A DNA stretch of 64,000 nt from Candidatus Poseidoniales archaeon. Lineage in GTDB: Archaea > Thermoplasmatota > Poseidoniia > Poseidoniales > Thalassarchaeaceae. Both the position numbers and the translations under genes were made by a program. The stretch is taken from assembly GCA_028283505.1 (NCBI GenBank), contig JAPOFX010000002.1:100855-164854 (forward strand), given 5' to 3'. Every line of letters begins with the position of its first letter. Position 1 is the stretch's first letter. Shown one piece after another: positions 9,350 to 18,746 of this stretch. The notes beneath the pieces were generated by a model. It saw only the letters and a list, made by a program, of their open reading frames with translations, searched no databases and was not told the origin of the DNA.

Positions 9350-9427
9350 TGGTGCTCCTGCCGGGATTTGAACCCGGGTCGCCGGGATGAAAACCCGGTA
9401 TGATGGACCGAACTACACCACAGGAGC
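9350..9427 (-). tRNA. tRNA-Glu (anticodon UUC), CCA encoded
   Basis: Reverse complement GCTCCTG...CCGGG-TTTTCAT-CCCGG...GGTTCAAATCC...CAGGAGC-A-CCA; 75 nt plus CCA. Confidence 0.9.
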
Positions 9428-9501
9428 TGAGCTATCGGAGATATGCATCCCACATAATCGAATCGGGTAGAGGAGTTTACGTAGGACTGCGGGAAATTTA
9501 G

Positions 9502-10110
9502 TCACTCTTCCTCTAGGAGTCCGTCCCACCACCTTTTAGCAGGTATGAAAGCTAGGAACGAAGTCAACGTCAAGAGCACCCAAACAATTGGATTTTCCAG
9601 TAGTCCCAGTAACTCGTTTCCCCAGATTCCTATTGCTAATGCCTGAATCCCAAATCTCAAGCCCCTTCCAAAGAGGCCAGCAAAAATGAATTGGTTCCTG
9701 TCCATCTCTCCCATTCCAGCTACCCATGCGAAGACTTTGTATGGAATTGGAGATACTGAAGCGACAAAGATTCCAGCGCTACCATACCTCGTGATTAGAT
9801 TATCCAGTCTTTGGACATGGATTTCTCGAATATACCTCTCAGCCGCGCCCCTTCCCAAGATTCTACCTAGCCACCATCCCACCAATGCCCCGGAGACACT
9901 GGTCATTGTGACAATCGCCCAGATTAGGAAAATTGTCAGCGGATCGCCCTGGGCATCAAGGAACATAGGAAATGTAAGAGCCTCAGGGGGAATTGGCTGG
10001 ATTACCGCCTCAGTGAATGAAAGGATTCCCAGACCAGGCAATCCTAAATCCAGTGCCCACTGGACATACGAATCCCACGCCTCCCAGAATCCACTAGGTA
10101 ACATGCTCAC
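9502..10110 (-). CDS. DedA/VTT-domain (YqaA-like) membrane protein
   Basis: Multi-TM protein with FTEAVIQPIPPEAL and IPYKVFAWVAGMG motifs. GTG 10110 or ATG 10104 start. Confidence 0.72.
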   Translation of the reverse strand: MSMLPSGFWEAWDSYVQWALDLGLPGLGILSFTEAVIQPIPPEALTFPMFLDAQGDPLTIFLIWAIVTMTSVSGALVGWWLGRILGRGAAERYIREIHVQRLDNLITRYGSAGIFVASVSPIPYKVFAWVAGMGEMDRNQFIFAGLFGRGLRFGIQALAIGIWGNELLGLLENPIVWVLLTLTSFLAFIPAKRWWDGLLEEE

Positions 10111-10202
10111 GAACGTTCGTCTAAGTCATTGTGTATGAAATGGTGGTTTTTGTGTGGACCAACAGAGGGAAAACCAATGAAAGAAAAGCCGGTGGCTTAC
10201 AC

Positions 10203-10697
10203 GTGAAAGATAGTTTTGTGGTAGATACATCGGCCCTACTGTCGTGGCCTCTGACAGAGTTGAATGGGGCGATCATGGTACAATCCCAAGTCAAGGAGCT
10301 GGAAAGACATTCCCCTGCCAGGGCAGAAATGGTTGAAGCAATAGGAGTGATAATTTCTGAGCCTAATCGAAATTCGATTTCTTCCACTTCGATGGTTGCA
10401 ATGGAAACTGGAGATATGGGGGGCTTATCAGACACTGATCTACACTTGGTTGCGATGGCATACGAGAGAAAATGCGTACTAGTTACCGATGACTACCGCA
10501 TGCAGAACCTATCTGAGAGGATGGGGGTAAGATGGAGGTCAGTCAATTCTGATGGAATTTCAGAGGTTTGGATTTGGAAGGTGAGATGTGTTGGTTGTGG
10601 GAGAGCGTTCGATTCACCGGAAAGTCCCACTAAGAGGAAGGACTCAATTGGTGAGTGTACGTATTGTGGGAGTGATTTGAAACTCAGGAGGGAGTAG
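10203..10697 (+). CDS. nob1: Nob1-like endonuclease (PIN domain + C-terminal zinc ribbon)
   Basis: PIN start FVVDTSALL, LSDTDLHLVAMA, VTDDYRMQN; ribbon CVGCG...CTYCG. The GTG 10203 start is inferred (leaves a 92-nt divergent promoter region). The track start is GTG 10131. Confidence 0.72.
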   Translation: MKDSFVVDTSALLSWPLTELNGAIMVQSQVKELERHSPARAEMVEAIGVIISEPNRNSISSTSMVAMETGDMGGLSDTDLHLVAMAYERKCVLVTDDYRMQNLSERMGVRWRSVNSDGISEVWIWKVRCVGCGRAFDSPESPTKRKDSIGECTYCGSDLKLRRE

Positions 10698-10907
10698 CTA
10701 TTCTTCTTGTGTCAGGACTTCCTCGGTTTTACCGCCCCTATCCATATCCATTTCGGTCTTAGAGGGTCTGGCTACCTCATTCACAGCTTTCTGGTACTCG
10801 CCTTTGGCAAGTCCAACACTTCTAGCTAGTTTTGGGATTTTGTCAACTCCGAAAATTAGCACACCAAAAACAACGAGCGCGACGACTTCAACGGTACCCA
10901 ATGCCAT
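10698..10907 (-). CDS. tatA: Sec-independent (Tat) translocase subunit TatA/E
   Basis: TM then amphipathic helix: VVALVVFGVLIFGVDKIPKLARSVGLAKGEYQKA. Confidence 0.85.
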   Translation of the reverse strand: MALGTVEVVALVVFGVLIFGVDKIPKLARSVGLAKGEYQKAVNEVARPSKTEMDMDRGGKTEEVLTQEE

Positions 10908-10963
10908 TACTATCGTATATTGGCAGAGGGCATAAGGGTTGAATGCTTCGGATGGAGATCGCG

Positions 10964-11233
10964 TTAACCACCTGAAACAGGTGGTAGGAATACTAACTCA
11001 GAGGAGTCCTTTATGACAGAGTCAAATTCATCAACCATATTGCCATCAATTGCGACCCTGAGCCCTCCAGAGACAAGACCCTCTAATCCCAATCTTTCAA
11101 TCAATTGCGCGATTGTAGTCCCAAGTTCCAATGCAATTTCCACTTCTCTCTCACCCAAAGACTCTGCCAACGGGCCAAAAAAGAGGACTCTTACGATTAT
11201 TGCTCTCCTCTCGGTTCTGTATGGCCCGCTCAT
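10964..11233 (-). CDS. MoaD/ThiS-family beta-grasp ubiquitin-like protein (SAMP-like), C-terminal GG
   Basis: VRVLFFGPLAESLG...VFLPPVSGG-stop. I prefer ATG 11233 over the GTG 11251 track start. Confidence 0.72.
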   Translation of the reverse strand: MSGPYRTERRAIIVRVLFFGPLAESLGEREVEIALELGTTIAQLIERLGLEGLVSGGLRVAIDGNMVDEFDSVIKDSSELVFLPPVSGG

Positions 11234-11311
11234 AGCCCTCTCACAAAGCACTCGGAAATCAATTCATCGGAACGAACTATACTAAATTAAGTCAGAGCAT
11301 ATCCGACATAC

Positions 11312-12013
11312 ATGACTCGTGTTACTGCCGTAGTGTTCGACTGCGATGGGGTTCTTGCAGACAATGGCTCATCATGGCAGAATATCCACAGAAAATTTGG
11401 TACAGACACGGCTGATGATGGATCACACAAGAAGACTCTTGAGATGTTCCTAGATGGTAAAATTACTGAGGAGGAATTTGTTGAACATGATATCCGCCTT
11501 TGGAAGAGGGTAAAGCCCGATATTCACAAGGATGATATCATTAGATGCTACAGTGGCATCGGCTTAATTGACGGTGCTAGAGATGTCATCGAAGAGCTAA
11601 AAAGACGGGGAATTTATGTTGCAATTGTCTCATCTGGGGTCGACTTGTTCGTGGGCGCAATAGCGAACATGTTGAAGGTTGACGACTGGGCTGCAAATGG
11701 TTTCCTGTGGGATGAGAACGGTTATCTAGTCAAGGGACTACCAACTAGGGTATACTCGCATCAAAAGGGACTTATGGTAGAGAAGCTGGCAAGAATAAAT
11801 GACTTTGAAACTAGGGAAATTATCTCTATCGGAGACTCCAGCACAGACCTGTCCATGAAAATTGGAGAGTCTTCATTTATTGGATTCAACCCGGCACGTT
11901 CTAGGGCATTAGAATCGTTCAGAAGCGCTGGAGTGCCAGTGGTAGAGTCAAAGGATTTGAGGAAAATATGGCCATATATTTTCAACGGAGAAGAATTCCC
12001 TGACCAGACTTAA
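11312..12013 (+). CDS. HAD-superfamily hydrolase, subfamily IB (phosphoserine phosphatase-like)
   Basis: Motif I VVFDCDGVL, motif II VSSGV, motif IV GDSSTDL. Confidence 0.72.
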   Translation: MTRVTAVVFDCDGVLADNGSSWQNIHRKFGTDTADDGSHKKTLEMFLDGKITEEEFVEHDIRLWKRVKPDIHKDDIIRCYSGIGLIDGARDVIEELKRRGIYVAIVSSGVDLFVGAIANMLKVDDWAANGFLWDENGYLVKGLPTRVYSHQKGLMVEKLARINDFETREIISIGDSSTDLSMKIGESSFIGFNPARSRALESFRSAGVPVVESKDLRKIWPYIFNGEEFPDQT

Positions 12014-13659
12014 GCAAACGGTATTGATGCAGTAGCATAAGTTTGGAGATTAACCACAGTAAGGATGCATGGCTTTGGCTGGAAGCCAAGCATTCTTTGG
12101 AAGTCTGTTTGATTCTGCCATGTCGAACTATGGACCATTGTAGTTCCCTTGTAAGTTCCCACAAAGTGACCATGAACGTGCCCTGTAACGAAAATATCAG
12201 GGACATTGGAAATAACAAGATTATCTTCCGGTTCCGGAGAAAGGGGGGTTTTTCCTCCCCACGAAGGAGCTAGGTGCCTTCTCTCCAACATGGCTTGCAT
12301 TGCTCTCTCTGGCTGGGAGTATGATACGGACCTGAGTGTAGCAACGAAATCATCAATACTCTTCCCATGGTAGGATAATACCCTAACCCCGTGTAGGCTG
12401 AAATCACATGGATTTCCCACGAATGTTGCATCGGAATAATCTTGTTGCACCTCGGGGTCTAAAGCGGGTTGTGGTTCAGCTGGTCTGACTGCATCGTGGT
12501 TACCAGGCAAGATGATCACATCAACCCAATCAGGAAGCCTCTCGAGCAATCTAGCGAGCTCTGAGTATTGATTGAACAGGTCTTTAATTGACAGATGGCG
12601 GTCTTGCCCGGGATAAATCCCGACCCCATCCACGCCATCCCCGCTGAGTACGAAATATTTGATAGTCCGAGCCAGGGGATCATTGTTGAACCATTGAATC
12701 ATTTTATCCCATTGAGGCCCTAAGAAGGTCATGCTACCAACGTGAGTGTCTGAAAGGAAAGCTGCAGAAACGGCTTTATCCTCACCGGATGTATTTTTCG
12801 AGTGAAAACCCAGTGGGGGAAGGTGAATATCTTGGACGAAGAAAATTGGGTCCCCTTCGCCGACTAAGAAATATCCACTTACACCAACAACATCATCATC
12901 CATCAGTCCGTCAAGGGCCGGATGTACCTCCGAGGCATCGGAGGGAGGCTTAACTACGCACCTTATCTGAGCTGTTTCGTCCTCGACTACGAACATCAGG
13001 TTCTTACTTTTGGCCCACCTCATTTCTGTTGCCAGACCTACAATAGTTACCTCATACTCCCTGTTGGAGTGGCGTTGTCTATTCCTCCAAGCCTCCGAAG
13101 CAGGTACAGGCCTCCTTGGAAGTGTATTTGAGGCAACCATCATTGATCTTATCCTCTGTAGTCTGTCGGTGAAGCAAGCCCTCATGTCTGACATCTTTCC
13201 TTCAGTAATTGAGTTCCCGGTGATGTCAAAATGTATCTCAATTTCAGAGTCTACATCTGTCGCCTCCATGGGAAAATCTGCTAGACTGTAATGCTCCAGT
13301 CCGTGTGGCCTTGGAGGAGGGGCCAAATCCAAAGATTTTGCAGGCGCTATAGTCCTACCAATCGGAGAGTGACTATCTGGGCTCGGAAGGGAAACTTGCT
13401 CTGTTCTTTGAAAATCAGATACCAAGGGTTCCACCAAGGTTCTTGTGGACATAGATAACAACTCGTTGACTGTCCTGTAATCGAGTATTTTCACAGCAGA
13501 TGACCTAGCGGCCTCGATCAGGGGTTGTATGTCCTCCAGATCCTGAATAATTTCTTGGGATTTTCTGCCAATCACAAGCATACCTGAAGAAGCTAAAATT
13601 CGCTGTCTTTCAGGCCAATCATCCGAGGCCATGACGGCCATGGGCGATAGCCACCTCAT
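12010..13659 (-). CDS. DNA polymerase II (PolD) small subunit DP1, calcineurin-like phosphoesterase/exonuclease
   Basis: OB-like middle region and phosphoesterase motifs SDTHVGS, LSGDGVDG, LPGNHD and TGHVH. I prefer ATG 13659. The 13770 track start would overlap the upstream gene by 85 nt. Confidence 0.88.
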   Translation of the reverse strand: MRWLSPMAVMASDDWPERQRILASSGMLVIGRKSQEIIQDLEDIQPLIEAARSSAVKILDYRTVNELLSMSTRTLVEPLVSDFQRTEQVSLPSPDSHSPIGRTIAPAKSLDLAPPPRPHGLEHYSLADFPMEATDVDSEIEIHFDITGNSITEGKMSDMRACFTDRLQRIRSMMVASNTLPRRPVPASEAWRNRQRHSNREYEVTIVGLATEMRWAKSKNLMFVVEDETAQIRCVVKPPSDASEVHPALDGLMDDDVVGVSGYFLVGEGDPIFFVQDIHLPPLGFHSKNTSGEDKAVSAAFLSDTHVGSMTFLGPQWDKMIQWFNNDPLARTIKYFVLSGDGVDGVGIYPGQDRHLSIKDLFNQYSELARLLERLPDWVDVIILPGNHDAVRPAEPQPALDPEVQQDYSDATFVGNPCDFSLHGVRVLSYHGKSIDDFVATLRSVSYSQPERAMQAMLERRHLAPSWGGKTPLSPEPEDNLVISNVPDIFVTGHVHGHFVGTYKGTTMVHSSTWQNQTDFQRMLGFQPKPCILTVVNLQTYATASIPFA

Positions 13660-13685
13660 GATAATATCGCAATAAAATAGTCGGA

Positions 13686-14375
13686 TTATTCTTTGTCGTC
13701 CCAATCCGTCAGTGAGGCTAGGTCTACTTTGCCGATGTCTTCTGCTACCGTTCTGGGGCTTTTCTGCCACTCAAGACTTCCTTCCCATTCTTCGGACAGA
13801 GGGTCTAACTGTGATGTGTCGAAGGAAATATCGCCCTCATCCTTACTCAGTACTTTCTCGACGACGGCTTCATTTTCATCTACCCTGTCTAGTGCCTCCA
13901 AAGTGAGCCTCAATGCGAACGCGGCGAAGGACTTCTTGTTATCCAGCCTGTCATTATCTCCGAAATCCATTCTTCTGGATAGAAAGTAGTCGCCTGCAAT
14001 TACGGCCACATGAACCCTTCCGACCTCCTTCTCCCCTGTTGAGCCTCCGGGCCCAGCGATTCCAGTTATCCCTATTGAGACGTCTGATCCTGATTGATAC
14101 TTGGCACCCTGGGCCATCTGGATGGCCACCTCATGGGATACAGCGCCTGCATCCCCGCTGTCGAAAGCTGATTTTTCTACGCCCAGCTCTCTCATCTTTG
14201 AATCGTTTGAATATGTTATCCAGCCTTGATTGAACCATGCAGATGCTCCAGATATGTCAGTTATCAAAGAAGCAACTAAACCACCAGTACAAGATTCAGC
14301 AACAGACACAACCCAGTCCCGCTTTCTGAGCCTTCTTGCTACGCGGGACGCTAGTCCAGCGGTCTCCTCGACCAC
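13686..14375 (-). CDS. CinA C-terminal-domain protein (nicotinamide-nucleotide amidase PncC-like) with ~70-aa acidic C-terminal extension
   Basis: VAESCTGGLVASLITDISGASAWFNQGWITYSN and GITGIAGPGG; GTG start. Confidence 0.8.
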   Translation of the reverse strand: MVEETAGLASRVARRLRKRDWVVSVAESCTGGLVASLITDISGASAWFNQGWITYSNDSKMRELGVEKSAFDSGDAGAVSHEVAIQMAQGAKYQSGSDVSIGITGIAGPGGSTGEKEVGRVHVAVIAGDYFLSRRMDFGDNDRLDNKKSFAAFALRLTLEALDRVDENEAVVEKVLSKDEGDISFDTSQLDPLSEEWEGSLEWQKSPRTVAEDIGKVDLASLTDWDDKE

Positions 14376-14452
14376 GCACTGTCCTCAGGACATCGCCTTT
14401 TGAATTTGATGTGGGCTGCCTATTGACACTTGGCTGATTGCTTGAAATTTAT

Positions 14453-14528
14453 TGGTGGGTCCGGCAGGAATTGAACCTGCGATCTTCGCTTTGTAAGAGC
14501 AACGTCATAACCCCTAGACCACGGACCC
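14453..14528 (-). tRNA. tRNA-Val (anticodon UAC), CCA encoded
   Basis: Reverse complement GGGTCCG..GGTCTAGGGGTTATGAC..TTGCT-CTTACAA-AGCGA..GCAGGTTCAATTCCTGC-CGGACCC-A-CCA. Confidence 0.9.
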
Positions 14529-14590
14529 TGTATGACCGGGGGAGCGTTGTGTTCAAATGGACTGCGGCTAAAGGAGTAGCGAGAGTTGTC

Positions 14591-15577
14591 ATGTCCGGAG
14601 TAATTGATTTGGTCGAAATGCTCAAAAAAACTGGGATTTCAATGAGTCAGGGCATTATCGACGCGATTCTCACAACAGAGCCTTCGGATTTTACGGATTT
14701 TCCACTGGAAAGTTTCTGGCAGGACTACCCTGTACCATTTCTTGTGACTGATTCAGGGGTGACAAAAACGATCTCTGCCCCTCACATGATCGTAACAATG
14801 CTACACCATCTTGAGCTTAAGCCTGGTCAGCATGTCGTGCTGATGGGATCAAAGGGTGGGTACCTGGCGACACTGGTAGACAAGATTTGTGGGCCTTCTG
14901 GCAAGGTGACCATCATCGAGCAACACAGAGAGGTTTCGGCACACACTACAATGATATTGGAGGGGCGCCAACAGAGTGGGATTATACGTGTCATGGGAAA
15001 TGAGGCATTGGATGATCCGTCCTGGTCCAGAGACGTGGATAGGGTTCTTTTTACTGGATCCGTAAGAAACATGCCTCCTCAAATAGAACTACTGATTGAA
15101 GAGGGAGGATTTGTTCTCGGACCGTTTGGAGGCAGAATCCAGCAAAGACTCCTTAAGAGGGAATGGCAAGGTGGTAGTTGGTATGAAACCGATCTGGGAA
15201 GTGTGGTTTTCGGGCCATTGGATATCTCCGAATATGATAGGACTTTCCCAGACCCAGATTTCATCGCTGATGAATTTGAGGAAGCTTTGAAGCTAATGGA
15301 ATCCATATTGGGTAGTGGTTCTAAAGAAGTTTTGAGGTTAGAAAAATTGATCCAATCCCTTCGAGACTTACCTTCCGGACTTCCCGAAATTGATGAGAGC
15401 TATACAGATGAAGAAATAATTGAGCACCCTGTTATTGAGCTTTTGATGACTGAGGCTGATTGGTTAGGTGAACTATGGCCTACTTTCAGTAGATTAGTCG
15501 GTTTCGACCTCGTGGAACCTACTTCTGAACCCGAAGAATCTCTCTTTGGAAGGAGGCATCAAGACTTTGTTCCATAA
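14591..15577 (+). CDS. pcm: protein-L-isoaspartate O-methyltransferase with ~110-aa acidic C-terminal extension
   Basis: TISAPHMIVTMLHHLELKPGQHVVLMGSKGGYLATL (SAM motif). I chose ATG 14591 because the longer track ORF (14438) runs through tRNA-Val. Confidence 0.8.
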   Translation: MSGVIDLVEMLKKTGISMSQGIIDAILTTEPSDFTDFPLESFWQDYPVPFLVTDSGVTKTISAPHMIVTMLHHLELKPGQHVVLMGSKGGYLATLVDKICGPSGKVTIIEQHREVSAHTTMILEGRQQSGIIRVMGNEALDDPSWSRDVDRVLFTGSVRNMPPQIELLIEEGGFVLGPFGGRIQQRLLKREWQGGSWYETDLGSVVFGPLDISEYDRTFPDPDFIADEFEEALKLMESILGSGSKEVLRLEKLIQSLRDLPSGLPEIDESYTDEEIIEHPVIELLMTEADWLGELWPTFSRLVGFDLVEPTSEPEESLFGRRHQDFVP

Positions 15578-15635
15578 TAGAGTTAAGGTGATTAATAATA
15601 GAAGAAGTGATGTCTATGAGTCCTCAGCGCACATC

Positions 15636-16919
15636 ATGACGGACGCGATGCGCCACGACCTGACCAAGGCATTGCGTCAGATTTCAGATGACAGTCGGTA
15701 CGTCCTTGGTGAACTTAGGAAAAATGGCTCGGCATGGATTGTTGGAGGCTGGGTAAGGGACTCTTTGATGGGGGGAAATGCAGCAGATATGGACATAGCG
15801 ACTACGCTGACGCCTAAGGAGATAGAGTCCATTTTTCCTAGATCAATTATGGTTGGAGCGAATTTTGGAACCGTGTTAGTAAGGATCGAGGATGAAGAGA
15901 ACACTTCGGAATGGCAGGTTACCACTTTGAGGTGTGAGGAAGACTATCTTGACGGTAGGAGGCCTGAAACTGTTAGTTTCCTAGAGGCGGGGGAGGATGA
16001 CAAAGGAATTATCGAAGACCTGAGTAGAAGGGATTTCACAATAAATTCAATGGCCATAGGCATTGATGAAAGTCTAATAGACCCCCATGATGGACTAAAC
16101 GATCTATCGACGGGCACCCTCAGGACAGTGGGGTCTGCGGAGAAAAGGTTCAAAGAAGATGGATTAAGGGTACTCAGGGCATTTAGATTTCTGGATGCTG
16201 GAGAAGCTGGAATCAGGAAAATGGATGAAGCTCTCGAGAGGGGTATTGTTCAGGCCGAAGGTTTTCTTTCAGGAGTTTCAAGAGAGAGGGTTGGAGTCGA
16301 GATTACGAAAATACTTAGCGGGGAAAATGCCCATGAAATAGCACTAAAGATGGATTCGCTAGGTGTCTTTGGCCGAGTTTTCGAGGGGTATAATGTGGAC
16401 ATACCTCCTCAACTATCAAATAATCATCTGGTGAATTTAGCGCTACTTTTCAGGAATGAGGATATCTCGGGAAAGTCTCTTTCGGATAGGCTAAGGGGGA
16501 CCTTGGTGCTCTCAAAAAATTCTCTTACTGAAATTTCCATAATGCATGAATGCAGAAATTTAGAGTTGGATTGCTCAATTGAATCGCTAAGGAGGTTTAA
16601 GGTTGTAGTACCGGAGACAAGGAGAGAGATGATTCTACAATATCTGGAGAAGTCTGGTGTTGACTTGCGTGACTTCAGAGAGGCTCTGCGACAGGCAGAA
16701 AATGAAGATTTGATTATTTCGCCCATTATCAAGGGTGATAAGCTAGCGGAGGTTACCGGACTTGTTCCCGGGCCGAGGCTGGGGAAACTCAAAGCTTGGC
16801 TCCATAGGAAGCAAATTGAGAGTGCATTGAGAACGGAGTCTGATCTTATTGCACTACTCTCAGAGTTTAACTGGAAACGATCAAATTATGAAGAATGGGA
16901 TATCCTTCAATGGCCATGA
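15636..16919 (+). CDS. class II (bacterial/eukaryal-type) tRNA nucleotidyltransferase / poly(A) polymerase-family protein (CCA-adding-like)
   Basis: Head-domain motif GGWVRDSLMGGNAADMDIAT, then RRDFTINSMA and LRVLRAFRF. I prefer ATG 15636. Confidence 0.8.
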   Translation: MTDAMRHDLTKALRQISDDSRYVLGELRKNGSAWIVGGWVRDSLMGGNAADMDIATTLTPKEIESIFPRSIMVGANFGTVLVRIEDEENTSEWQVTTLRCEEDYLDGRRPETVSFLEAGEDDKGIIEDLSRRDFTINSMAIGIDESLIDPHDGLNDLSTGTLRTVGSAEKRFKEDGLRVLRAFRFLDAGEAGIRKMDEALERGIVQAEGFLSGVSRERVGVEITKILSGENAHEIALKMDSLGVFGRVFEGYNVDIPPQLSNNHLVNLALLFRNEDISGKSLSDRLRGTLVLSKNSLTEISIMHECRNLELDCSIESLRRFKVVVPETRREMILQYLEKSGVDLRDFREALRQAENEDLIISPIIKGDKLAEVTGLVPGPRLGKLKAWLHRKQIESALRTESDLIALLSEFNWKRSNYEEWDILQWP

Positions 16920-17453
16920 TCAGGGAAGTTCGTTGAGCATAGCCAAATATTCATCCTTATCCATGAACTGATCTTCGTCGAAGTCATCGGTGAATGTCTT
17001 CACGATCACGCACCAAGCATCTCCGTAGGCGTCCTCGTTTGCTAGATCCGGATTGTCCTCCACATGCCCGTTCAATTCGACTATTGTGCAAGAAATGGGG
17101 GAATTTATCAACAATCTATCGAATTCCCTGTCATACCTAGTTGTGACGGTTATCAGTAACTCATCTGTGTCAACCTGAGCCCCCATTGTATCTGACTTTG
17201 GTGGCTTATCTTCTTCATCATCCTCCGAGAGTCCTGAATCTGCATCAATCTCAAAATCACTTTCGTCCCTGGGCCTAGCCAGTACGATCTGAATAACCTC
17301 CCCGTACTCTGCCATCAGGAACTCGCTCAGACCTATTTTTATGCTAGTCGTTCCCTCTTCTTTATCCTCATCAAGAACCTGCATCCACAGGTGGTCAAGT
17401 GTGTACAGTCGATCGTGTGCAATGCTGAACTCTGCGTAGTCGCTGTCGGCCAT
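16920..17453 (-). CDS. glycine-cleavage H-protein-like protein lacking the lipoyl-lysine, with acidic insert
   Basis: YTLDHLWMQV...IKIGLSEFLMAEYGEVIQI and SPISCTIVELNGHVEDNPDLANEDAYGDAWCVIVK align with GcvH. The ESVKA position reads VTTRYD. I prefer ATG 17453 (the track start is TTG 17489). Confidence 0.68.
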   Translation of the reverse strand: MADSDYAEFSIAHDRLYTLDHLWMQVLDEDKEEGTTSIKIGLSEFLMAEYGEVIQIVLARPRDESDFEIDADSGLSEDDEEDKPPKSDTMGAQVDTDELLITVTTRYDREFDRLLINSPISCTIVELNGHVEDNPDLANEDAYGDAWCVIVKTFTDDFDEDQFMDKDEYLAMLNELP

Positions 17454-17565
17454 GATTCTCGCTCCGCGGCCATCGGTATCGAATTTCAACTATTCGTTCG
17501 TGTGAATTCGAGAATCCAGTAACGAGAGGTTAACAATGAGGCGCCTTTCGCACATATTGAAAACC

Positions 17566-18738
17566 ATGAATTTTGAAGAGACGGAAGAGCAAAACATGAT
17601 TCGAAACATGGTAAGAGATTTCGCGGAGGAGATCCTCCTTCCGACAACTCTTGCTAGAGATCAGGAACAGAGGGCCCCGCTGGATGAGTGGAAGAAATTC
17701 TGCGAAACTAGCCTACAGGGAATTGCTATTGATGAAAAATACGGTGGAAGTCCGGTGGATGATATCACGGAGGCGATAATCGTTGAGGAGTTAGCCAGAG
17801 TTGATCCGTCGTTTTCAGTGATGTACTGCGTTCATGTAGGACTTTGTTCGACGACAATATCAATTCATGGAAATGAACAGCAGAAAGAGAAATATCTCAC
17901 GAGGCTAGCAGGGAATGAGATAGGAGCCTATTCACTCTCAGAAGCGGGCTCTGGAACAGACGCCGCGGCAATGGTCTGCAAGGCCAAGTTGAATGACGAG
18001 GGGACCCATTATGTCCTCAATGGAGAGAAAATGTGGGTAACAAATGGCTCGAGTGCCGACATATACGTCCTTTTCGCGAAGGACGTTGACCATCCTGAAT
18101 ATGGTGTGAAGAAACATGGTGGCACTACAGCGTTCATCGTCGAGAAGGGATTCGAGGGATTCTCGGTTGGGAAGAAGGAAGATAAGCTTGGAATACGATC
18201 TTCAGACACATGCTCACTACTACTCGAGGATTGTCTTGTTCCAGTTGAAAATGTCCTCAAGATGCCCGGAGAAGGTTTCCCAATTGCGATGAATGCATTG
18301 GATAACTCTAGAATTGGTATTGCCGCGCAGGCACTTGGGATTTCCCAGGGAGCATATGAATCTGCACTAAATTATTCCCATGAGAGGAAGACATTTGGGA
18401 AACCAATCTCGTATCATCAAAGTGTTGGCAACATCCTTGCGGACATGGCCACCCAAATAGAAGCATCGAGAATGATGGTCTACAAGGCGGCATGGACTAA
18501 ACAAAAGCACTACGAGGATGGCGGTCCAAGACACACCAAAGAAGCGAGTATGGCTAAGTTATTCGCGGGCGACACGGCCATGTGGGTGTCTGAGAGAGCA
18601 GTACAAGTTCTTGGCGGGTATGGGTACACCACTGATTTCCCGGTGGAGAGATTCTTCAGAGATGCGAAGATAACACAAATCTACGAAGGAACGCAGGAAG
18701 TCCAAAGGATCGTAATTAATCGGGCCATAGTGCCGTAG
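17566..18738 (+). CDS. acyl-CoA dehydrogenase (short/medium-chain type)
   Basis: MNFEETEEQ start typical of ACADs, YSLSEAGSGTDAAAM, and C-terminal DAKITQIYEGTQEVQR. Alternative ATG at 17536. Confidence 0.9.
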   Translation: MNFEETEEQNMIRNMVRDFAEEILLPTTLARDQEQRAPLDEWKKFCETSLQGIAIDEKYGGSPVDDITEAIIVEELARVDPSFSVMYCVHVGLCSTTISIHGNEQQKEKYLTRLAGNEIGAYSLSEAGSGTDAAAMVCKAKLNDEGTHYVLNGEKMWVTNGSSADIYVLFAKDVDHPEYGVKKHGGTTAFIVEKGFEGFSVGKKEDKLGIRSSDTCSLLLEDCLVPVENVLKMPGEGFPIAMNALDNSRIGIAAQALGISQGAYESALNYSHERKTFGKPISYHQSVGNILADMATQIEASRMMVYKAAWTKQKHYEDGGPRHTKEASMAKLFAGDTAMWVSERAVQVLGGYGYTTDFPVERFFRDAKITQIYEGTQEVQRIVINRAIVP

Positions 18739-18746
18739 TGGAATAT

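Noticed and set aside
9097-9453. 118-aa ORF across tRNA-Glu, and the 5' extension of the 14438..15577 ORF across tRNA-Val(UAC)
   Set aside because: These translations are the antisense or sense reading of well-folded tRNA genes. For pcm, an internal ATG (14591) gives a normal N-terminus.
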